From Candidatus Desulfaltia sp. (GTDB lineage Bacteria > Acidobacteriota > Aminicenantia > Aminicenantales > UBA8522): a stretch of DNA of 59,020 nucleotides. Made by a program: the position numbers and the translations under genes. The DNA lies in NCBI GenBank assembly GCA_035528895.1, contig DATKXS010000184.1, positions 1 to 59,020 of the forward strand, in the 5' to 3' direction. Positions within the stretch are counted from its first letter, which is position 1; each line of letters starts with the position of its first letter. Shown in pieces: positions 47,129-54,524 of this stretch. The notes under the pieces are model-generated. The model did no database searches and was not told the origin of the DNA. It saw nothing but the letters and a program-made list of their open reading frames with translations.

Positions 47129-48311
47129 GCAAAACCTCGATTCGATCCATGATCAGGCGGCTGATCTCCCGCTTGCTCGCTTTGTCCGATTCGACGGCCG
47201 TCCCTTTCCGGTCGATGATCATGACCTGGTTGTCCTCGGAATTGAACCCGATGTCTTTCCGGGAAACGTCGTTGGCGACGATGAGATCGAGCTTCTTCGC
47301 CCGGAGCTTTTTCAAGGCGTTGGCGGCGACGTCCTCGGTCTCGGCCGCGAACCCGACGATGATCCTCTTCGCCCGGCCGCCGTCCCGGCCCAGAGTGGCC
47401 AAGATATCTTCGGTCGGCACAAGCCTGAGCACCGGCGGTGCCTCTCTCTTCTTGATCTTCTTTTGGGACCGGCCGGCCGACCGAAAATCGGCCACGGCCG
47501 CGGCCATGATCAGGACATCGGCCCAGGCGAAATTCTTCTTGACCTCCCGGGCCATCTCGGCGGCGGTTTCCACTGCCCGCATCTCGGCACCGGGCGGGGG
47601 GAAAAGCGAGGTCGGCCCGGAGACGATAATAACCCTGGCTCCCCGTCGCAGAGCTTCCCCGGCCAGCTCGTAGCCCATCCTCCCCGAGGACCGGTTGGAG
47701 AGGTAGCGGACGGGATCGAGGGGTTCGCGGGTCGGTCCGGCCGTGACGAGGATGGTCCGGCCTTTTAGACTCTCGCTCCTCTCCAGAAGCTGCAGGCCGC
47801 ATTCAACGATCCTTTCGGGAGCGGGCAGGCGGCCCCAGCCTTCCTCCCGGCAGGCCAGATAGCCTTTTCCGGGCAGGATGAACTCGACGCCAGCAGCCTG
47901 GAGCTTCCGGATATTGGACTGGGTCTGGGGATGGAGATACATGGCTTCGTTCATGGCCGGGGCGATGAGCACCGGGCAGCGCACGGCCAGGTAAAACGTG
48001 GACAGGAAATCATCGGCCACCCCGCCGGCCAGCTTGGCGATAATGTTGGCCGTGGCCGGAGCGATGACCAGAAGAGAAATCTCCTCAGCCAGAGAGATAT
48101 GGGCGATCCGGTCCGTGTCCCCTTCTCCGAAGAGGTCGACCGCCGCCTCCCTGCCGGAGAGGGCGCTGAACAACTGGGGCGAGACGAGCTTGGCCGCGTT
48201 CGGTGTCATGATGACCTGGACGGCGATCCCTTTTTTCTGGAAACCGCGGAGGACCTCACAGGCCTTATAGATACTGACGGAGGAGCTGACGCCCAAAGCG
48301 ATTTTATGCAT
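47112..48311 (-). CDS. coaBC: Bifunctional phosphopantothenoylcysteine decarboxylase/ligase
   Basis: HISLA, APATAN, PAMNEAM, TAGPTRE..DPVRY and AAAVADF. Confidence 0.96.
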   Translation of the reverse strand: MHKIALGVSSSVSIYKACEVLRGFQKKGIAVQVIMTPNAAKLVSPQLFSALSGREAAVDLFGEGDTDRIAHISLAEEISLLVIAPATANIIAKLAGGVADDFLSTFYLAVRCPVLIAPAMNEAMYLHPQTQSNIRKLQAAGVEFILPGKGYLACREEGWGRLPAPERIVECGLQLLERSESLKGRTILVTAGPTREPLDPVRYLSNRSSGRMGYELAGEALRRGARVIIVSGPTSLFPPPGAEMRAVETAAEMAREVKKNFAWADVLIMAAAVADFRSAGRSQKKIKKREAPPVLRLVPTEDILATLGRDGGRAKRIIVGFAAETEDVAANALKKLRAKKLDLIVANDVSRKDIGFNSEDNQVMIIDRKGTAVESDKASKREISRLIMDRIEVLLDRKK

Positions 48312-48320
48312 AGCAGTTTC

Positions 48321-48923
48321 TCACCCTTTGCCGCGGAAACTCTTCAGGATCGGCTGGATAGCCCGTCTCCGGTCCGAAAGAAGCGCCCGCCGGCACCGCA
48401 GGATGGATTCGAGCTCGTCCGCGGCTCTGTCGAGATCGTCGTTGACCAGGACGTAATCGAACGAAGCGTAAGCCCGGACTTCATTCCTGGCCGTGGCCAT
48501 CCTTTTCCGGACGGCCTCGGCACTGTCCAGCCCCCGTCCCTCGATCCTCTTCCGCAGCTCTTCGAAGCTCGGCGGCAGGACGAAAATGAAGACGGCCGAG
48601 GGGACCTTTTTGCGGATCTGACGGGCTCCCTGGATATCGATGTCCAGGACGATGTCTTTGTAGCCGCCTTTGGCCAGCTCTTTCTTGGACGTCCCGTAGT
48701 AAGCTCCATGGACGAGCGCCCACTCGACGAATTGGCCCCTCCGGACCATCCTCCGGAAGGAGTCCCGGTCCACGAAATAGTAATCCCTCCCCTCAACCTC
48801 CGCTTCCCGTTTCTCCCGGGTCGTGTGGGAGACCACGAAGCGGACATCCTCGAGGTTGGCGAAGACCTGCCGGATGAGGGTCGACTTCCCGCATCCCGAT
48901 GGCCCGGAGACGACATAAATCAT
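48321..48923 (-). CDS. gmk: Guanylate kinase
   Basis: SGPSGCGKST, SHTTR, GRDYYF and YYGT. Confidence 0.96.
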   Translation of the reverse strand: MIYVVSGPSGCGKSTLIRQVFANLEDVRFVVSHTTREKREAEVEGRDYYFVDRDSFRRMVRRGQFVEWALVHGAYYGTSKKELAKGGYKDIVLDIDIQGARQIRKKVPSAVFIFVLPPSFEELRKRIEGRGLDSAEAVRKRMATARNEVRAYASFDYVLVNDDLDRAADELESILRCRRALLSDRRRAIQPILKSFRGKG

Positions 48924-48932
48924 CTCTTTCTC

Positions 48933-49808
48933 TCACTCAATGTTCTGGATGTGTTGGCGGATACTTTCCACCTCACCCTTGATGGCCAGACTCTCCTTGG
49001 TGATGACGATATTCTGGCTCTTGGAGTTGACGGTGTTGGCTTCCCGGACGATCTCCTGGGAGAGGAAGTCCAGCATCCTCCCCACCGGCTCCTCCCGCTC
49101 CGGCCTAAGCCACTGCTCGAAGGCACCGATATGGCTCTGCAGCCGCATGATCTCCTCGGCGATATCGGCCTTCTGAACGAGGAAGGCCACTTCGCCCGCG
49201 ATTCTTTCTTCCTCCACGGGGAGATTCCCGTCGAGCTCCCTCAGACGCTGGGCCAGCCTGGCCCGGATCCGGCGCGGCTGCGCCCTGGCCAGGCTTTCGA
49301 TCCGGCGGAGGGACCGCTTCATCGAATGGAGGTGTCGCCGGACCTGACGGGCGGTCTCTCGCCCTTCACGGCGCCTCTCTTTAAGGACCTGATCGAGGGT
49401 CTCATCGAAAGCCCTCTCCAGGAACGAGCGCGTCTCTGGAGTCAGTTCCTTGCGCCGGACCTCGACCACCTGAGGGATGCGAAAGATATTGTCCACCGAG
49501 ATGCTGACGGACTTCCCCATGCGCCTGGACGCCTTCTCCATGGTCGCCAGGATCTTCTCGAGGAGGGCTTCGTTGATGACAATCTCCCAGCGCGACGGAT
49601 CCAGGAAGTCCAGGTCGATGGCCGCCTCGATGCGACCGCGGAGAAGCTTTTTCTGGGCCAGGGCGCGGAACCTGTTCTCCAGTTCGCCGAGCGGAGCCCC
49701 CTTGTAGTTCCAGTCGAAAAAGCGGTGGTTGAGGCTTTTTATGCTGATCTTGACGCGGAAACCCGGCGCCGTGAACCTCCTCTCGCCGAACCCCGTCATG
49801 CTCCTCAT
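48933..49808 (-). CDS. yicC: YicC/YloC family endoribonuclease
   Basis: MRSMTGFG, SLNHRFFD, GRMLDFLSQE..REANT..SKS and IQNIE. Confidence 0.95.
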   Translation of the reverse strand: MRSMTGFGERRFTAPGFRVKISIKSLNHRFFDWNYKGAPLGELENRFRALAQKKLLRGRIEAAIDLDFLDPSRWEIVINEALLEKILATMEKASRRMGKSVSISVDNIFRIPQVVEVRRKELTPETRSFLERAFDETLDQVLKERRREGRETARQVRRHLHSMKRSLRRIESLARAQPRRIRARLAQRLRELDGNLPVEEERIAGEVAFLVQKADIAEEIMRLQSHIGAFEQWLRPEREEPVGRMLDFLSQEIVREANTVNSKSQNIVITKESLAIKGEVESIRQHIQNIE

Positions 49809-51610
49809 GGGATGTCCTCCTCTTTCTCAGGGAACTGCAGGTCGTAAAGCTTGCGGTAGATGCCGTTCATTTCGTACAGCTCGTCATGACTCCCGGATTC
49901 GACGATGCGGCCGTTGTCCACCACGAAAATCCGGTCGGCGTTGCGGATGGTCGAGATCCGGTGGGCGATGACCAGGGTCGTGCGGTTCTTCATGACGTTG
50001 GCCAAGGCGATCTGGATGAGCCTCTCAGATTCGGTGTCCAGGGCGGAGGTGGCCTCGTCGAGGATGAGGATGGGGGGGTTCTTGAGCAAGGCCCGGGCGA
50101 TGGCCAGGCGCTGGCGCTGGCCGCTTGAGAGCTGCCCTCCTTTCTCGCCGATCGCGCTATCGTAACCCTGGGGAAGGGCGGCGATGAACTCGTGGGCTTG
50201 GGCGGCCCGGGCGGCTTCGACGACCCGCTCGAACTGAACATCCCCCAGGCCGTAGGCGATATTGTTGCGCGCGGTATCGTTGAAAAGGATGGTCTCCTGC
50301 GTCACCAGTCCCAATTGAGAGCGGAGGGAGCTCAGGGTCACCTCCTTCACGTCGATGCCGTCGATCATGATCCTTCCCGACGTCGGATCGTAGAAGCGGG
50401 AAAGGAGGTTGATGATGGTCGTTTTCCCGGCGCCGCTGAGCCCGACGAAGGCGGCCGTTTCGTTGCGGCCCACTTCGAAAGTGATATCGCTGAGCGTCGG
50501 CCGGTTTTCGTTGTAGCAGAAGGAAACCCTCTCGAAGGTCACGCGACCCTGAACGGACGGCAGCGGGTAGGCCGCAGGGGCATCCTGAATCTGGGGCATC
50601 TCCTTCAGGATCTCCCCGATGCGCTGATGAGAGGCGACGGCCTGCTGGATGACGTTGTTGGCGCGATTGAGGCGGTTGATGGGAGTGTACATCATGAAGA
50701 CGGCCATGACGAAGGCGCCGAAATCGCCGGGGCTGATCGCGCCCTGGGAGATGCGGCGTGTCCCCACATAAAGGATAAAGGCTCCGACCACACCGCCGAG
50801 GAATTCCATGAAGGGAGAAGAGAGGCTCCCGATCCAGGCCAGTTTCATGCTCGTCCGGAAATAGCTGGCCGTCGTCTGGAAGAATTTCCTGATCTCGAAC
50901 TCTTCGCTGGTGAAAGCCTTGATGATCCTGTTGCCGGTGATGCCCTCGTGAAGGAGACTGTAGATCTGGGACATCTTTCTCTGGCCGACCAGACTTTTTC
51001 TCTTGAGCTGGCGGCTGAACAGGGCCAGGGGGATAACGGCCAGCGGGGTGATGACAAAGGCGGCGATGGCCAGGCGGAAGTCGATGACGAAGACACCCAC
51101 AAGGAGGGCGAATAGGATGAACATCTCTTCAATGAAATCGGCCATGCTCCCCGAGATGGCCTGGTGGATCTTCTCCACGTCGCTGGTCAGGCGCGACATC
51201 AGATCACCGGTAGGCACCCGGTCGAAGAAGCTGCTGGACTGGTAGATAAGATGGGTGAAGAGGTCGTCGCGCAGCCGCTTGACCACCCGATGCCCCACTC
51301 CCTTCATGAAATACGAGGAGAGAAAAGTGAACAGCCCCTTGCCGAAAATGACGATCAAGACGAGCAGGGGGAGGAACTTGACGAGCTGGGTTTCGTCAAT
51401 GCGCAAAAACCGAAAAACGACATCCATGAAGCGGGCCTTTCCAGGAACGGATTTTGCAGGGCCCAGTTGGAAGAGCCTGTCCATGATGGGCTGGACGAGG
51501 TTGATAAAGACATAGGTGAAAAAGGCCACAAAGGCGGAACAGACGAAGGACAGGATGAGGAGCCTCTTCTCCCGACGGGCGAGCCGGAAGAGGGCGAGAA
51601 TATCTTTCAT
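49805..51610 (-). CDS. msbA: MsbA-like ABC exporter (TMD-NBD fusion)
   Basis: Six TM helices, GLSGAGKT, LSSGQRQR, LDEATSALD and AHR. Confidence 0.8.
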   Translation of the reverse strand: MKDILALFRLARREKRLLILSFVCSAFVAFFTYVFINLVQPIMDRLFQLGPAKSVPGKARFMDVVFRFLRIDETQLVKFLPLLVLIVIFGKGLFTFLSSYFMKGVGHRVVKRLRDDLFTHLIYQSSSFFDRVPTGDLMSRLTSDVEKIHQAISGSMADFIEEMFILFALLVGVFVIDFRLAIAAFVITPLAVIPLALFSRQLKRKSLVGQRKMSQIYSLLHEGITGNRIIKAFTSEEFEIRKFFQTTASYFRTSMKLAWIGSLSSPFMEFLGGVVGAFILYVGTRRISQGAISPGDFGAFVMAVFMMYTPINRLNRANNVIQQAVASHQRIGEILKEMPQIQDAPAAYPLPSVQGRVTFERVSFCYNENRPTLSDITFEVGRNETAAFVGLSGAGKTTIINLLSRFYDPTSGRIMIDGIDVKEVTLSSLRSQLGLVTQETILFNDTARNNIAYGLGDVQFERVVEAARAAQAHEFIAALPQGYDSAIGEKGGQLSSGQRQRLAIARALLKNPPILILDEATSALDTESERLIQIALANVMKNRTTLVIAHRISTIRNADRIFVVDNGRIVESGSHDELYEMNGIYRKLYDLQFPEKEEDIP

Positions 51611-52653
51611 TTCGCCGCCCGTCCTCCGGGTTTGTGGTCGAACAGGATGCGGGCGATCTCCAGAGCGTTGAGGGCGGAGCCGCGGGTCAGGTTGTCGGTA
51701 ACCGTCCAGATCCAGAAGGCCCGGGGAAAGGATTCTTCCCTCTTGATCTGACCGATGAAGATCTGCTCTTTCCCGGCCACGGAGATAGAAGAGACCACGC
51801 AGGAAGAGGAGGCCGAACTGAGCTTGAAGAGCGCCCCCTCTTTGTAAAGACCTTCCAGGTCTCGAATGTCCGCCTCGGCCCGAAGCTCCAGATAGGCCAT
51901 AACGGAATACGTGTGGAAGACAGGCGCCTGGACGACCGATAGGGAGAGAGGCAGACCGGGAAGGCCGAGGACCTTTTTGACCTCGGCGACGACCTGCCGC
52001 TCCACCGAGGAGAAGCCGTTGGCGCTCGGGGCCTCGGTGTGAGAGAGGATGTTGAAGGCAATCTGCTCCTGGAAGACCTCCTTTTTGATGGAGGCGCTGG
52101 AGAGCATGGCGGCGCTCTGGCCGGCCAGTTCCTCGATGCCGGACTCATCGAAAGCCGAGACGGGTTGCAGGGCGAAGACGACGGCCTTTTCCAGGCCGAA
52201 CTTGGCGACGAGTCGATGGAGAAGGGAGGAGAGGATGATCGCCAGCGGGTGGGGGTTGGCGATCAGGGGGAAGCGTCGAGCGGTGAGCAGCGAGTCGTTC
52301 ACCCCGGCCACCACAAGAGGGATGTCATCCTGGCCGCTGAAAGCCTCGCTCAAGTCGATCGCCTGGTATTTCTTCTTGGCGGCCAGCCGGCCGTAGAGCC
52401 GGTTGGTCTCCTTATCGGCGGCCAGGAAAACGAGGTCCAGGCCTTCGAGGGCCGCGCCCCCGGGATGATGGATGACCCGGGGCTCGTCACGGAACTCGGT
52501 CAGCTTGCTGTACTTTTCCTCAACATCCACATCAAAGAACTCGATATGAGAGAGGGGAAATTTTTTAACGCTGAGGATGGCCTTGATCTCTTTTCCCCGC
52601 AGCGAATCGGTGCCGATCAGAGCGACCCGGAATTTCTTCTTCTGGCTGGACAT
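51607..52653 (-). CDS. Aspartate-semialdehyde dehydrogenase homologue, probably non-catalytic (Usg-like)
   Basis: Asd fold motifs (PLVVAGVN, QPVSA, IAFNILSH, DNLTRGSALNA), but ANPHP replaces ANPNC and FHTYS replaces FxGHS. Confidence 0.8.
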   Translation of the reverse strand: MSSQKKKFRVALIGTDSLRGKEIKAILSVKKFPLSHIEFFDVDVEEKYSKLTEFRDEPRVIHHPGGAALEGLDLVFLAADKETNRLYGRLAAKKKYQAIDLSEAFSGQDDIPLVVAGVNDSLLTARRFPLIANPHPLAIILSSLLHRLVAKFGLEKAVVFALQPVSAFDESGIEELAGQSAAMLSSASIKKEVFQEQIAFNILSHTEAPSANGFSSVERQVVAEVKKVLGLPGLPLSLSVVQAPVFHTYSVMAYLELRAEADIRDLEGLYKEGALFKLSSASSSCVVSSISVAGKEQIFIGQIKREESFPRAFWIWTVTDNLTRGSALNALEIARILFDHKPGGRAAK

Positions 52654-52678
52654 TCTGGGGTGCCTCCGGGGCGGTGAC

Positions 52679-52900
52679 TCAGCGCTCCTTCCGGAACTCG
52701 GCCATCATCAGGTACATCTTGTCCTTCAAAGCAAGTTTGCGCTTTTTGAGTTCCCGTTCCTCGAGTTTTTCCTCTTCGCTCAAGAAACTTTTTATCTGAA
52801 GGATTTCGAGCCTTTTTTCGCATTCCTGGTGTTCATCATGGAGCTTCCGGAAGTCCTCATTTTCCCTGAGCATAAGCTCTTTCAGAGCCTGTTCATCCAT
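52679..52900 (-). CDS. YdcH/DUF465 family small coiled-coil protein
   Basis: FRKLHDEH..LKKRKLALKD, with a GGAGG RBS before ATG 52900. Confidence 0.85.
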   Translation of the reverse strand: MDEQALKELMLRENEDFRKLHDEHQECEKRLEILQIKSFLSEEEKLEERELKKRKLALKDKMYLMMAEFRKER

Positions 52901-53028
52901 GCAGACGCCTCCCTCGCCAAGGATATCATAAGAAAGGGGGCAATTCAATTTATGCCCTTGCCAGAAAGAAAGGCGCTATTGGCGGTCTCAATTGGCCTTG
53001 TCGCTAACAGGCCCTCGCCTTGTTGATA

Positions 53029-54078
53029 TCAGAGGTTCCCGCTCAAGAATCCACGAAACGTGGCCTCCAGCCGCTCGGCCAGAGCGTCCCAGGTAAATTC
53101 CCTGATCTTCTGGTAGCCGGCGTTCGCCAGGCGAAGGCGCAATCCGGGATCATCGATCAGGCGCTTGATCTGCCGGGCCAGGAACCAGGGGTGGGTAAAG
53201 GGGACGACGAGGGCGGTCTTTTCATGAACCGCAAAATCGCGGGTGCCGCTGGCCGTGCAGACGACGGGAAGCCGGCAAGCCATGGCCTCGGCGGTTGTGT
53301 TGGACCAGCCGGCGCGTCGCTCGGCGCTGGCGAACATATCGGCCTGGGCGAAGAGCCAGGCCATCCGGGCTTGGGGAAGGTCGAGATAGAACTCGGAGGG
53401 CACGGATGTCTTGACGAGCGGGCGGGGATCACGTCTATCCCCGCCGACCAGGCTGTCGAAAAAAATCAAAAGGAGATGAGGATTCCCTCGATGAAGCTTC
53501 TCGACGGCCTTGATCACCTGCCGGACGCCCTTTCTCTTCTTGTAGATTCTGCCATAACAGAGAATCTTGAATTCCCTGCCCGGATCAGATTGGCCGGAAT
53601 CGGACTGAGCAGCAATCTGTCCCTCAGAAAGTGGCGCAGGAGATTCAGGCTCCGGCAACCGAAAAAATATCTCCGGATTTATTCCGCCCGGCGCTCGGAA
53701 ACAGCGGCGGCCGTATTTCCGCTCGACCCGCCGGCAGATGCCTTCAGAATTTCCCAGCAAGTGATAACCACGCCGGGCGACTTCTTTTTCCTTTTTATGG
53801 CCCTCGAGCACGAAGTAGAAGCATTTCGCCCTGGCCTTGAGGGCGTCGAACTGTTTCAGGATGGAATACTCGCTGCAGAGTCCGATGTCGAATTCGGCCT
53901 CCGTAACGGCCTCAAAGGACCGGACCTCTCCCCGGTACTCCAGCCAATCAGGCTTCTTCCCTGCCGGGGTGAAAAGTGTGAAGCCATGACCTCTTCGGGT
54001 CAACGCGTTGCCGATCTCGAGATAGCGGCGGACGCCGCCGAAGACTTCCACGTGGGGAAGGAGCGCCGCGATCCTCAT
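53029..54078 (-). CDS. Glycosyltransferase family 4
   Basis: FGGVRR, RKGV and WSNTTAEAMACRLPVV. Confidence 0.88.
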   Translation of the reverse strand: MRIAALLPHVEVFGGVRRYLEIGNALTRRGHGFTLFTPAGKKPDWLEYRGEVRSFEAVTEAEFDIGLCSEYSILKQFDALKARAKCFYFVLEGHKKEKEVARRGYHLLGNSEGICRRVERKYGRRCFRAPGGINPEIFFRLPEPESPAPLSEGQIAAQSDSGQSDPGREFKILCYGRIYKKRKGVRQVIKAVEKLHRGNPHLLLIFFDSLVGGDRRDPRPLVKTSVPSEFYLDLPQARMAWLFAQADMFASAERRAGWSNTTAEAMACRLPVVCTASGTRDFAVHEKTALVVPFTHPWFLARQIKRLIDDPGLRLRLANAGYQKIREFTWDALAERLEATFRGFLSGNL

Positions 54079-54137
54079 CTGCGAATGAACCTACCATGCG
54101 CCGTCGGGCCCGTCAAGCGCGTGGAGCGATTTCTCCA

Positions 54138-54166
54138 TTGACTTTCGGGGGGTGGGAAAATATACT
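54138..54166 (+). promoter_or_regulatory. Sigma70-like promoter
   Basis: TTGACT, 17-nt spacer, TATACT. Near-consensus, divergent from the GT4 gene. Confidence 0.6.
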
Positions 54167-54524
54167 ATAAGCCGCTTTGCTGATCGGCCTTTCGAAGCCA
54201 TGGCGAGGTAGGCCAATCGGCGAGTTTTTCGGTCTTCCCTGATTTCCCCTTAAACCCTTGAAATAGAAAGGATTCCAGAATTCCCCGAGATGTCAGGGCG
54301 TCCCAGAAAAGCGCATATTTGCCGGCCTTTGGGCGAACTATGGGCGAGATTATACCCTGCCGGGTCTGTTGACAGAGGGCGCGGGGGGCTGGTCGCAAGA
54401 GCCCGATGAATAGAAGTACAATAAACAAGAATTGATAGAGTTCTTGATAACGCATGAAATATGGATGTAGAATAGTTTGACAATGCCAAGCCAAAAATTT
54501 TCAGAGGGTTGAGGGGTAATCGAA

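Noticed and set aside
47931-49847. 638-aa plus-strand ORF
   Set aside because: Shadow of coaBC/gmk/yicC.
54171-54250. Possible tRNA after the promoter (begins GCCGCTTT)
   Set aside because: No D-arm, TTCGA T-loop in the right position or acceptor-stem pairing could be built.
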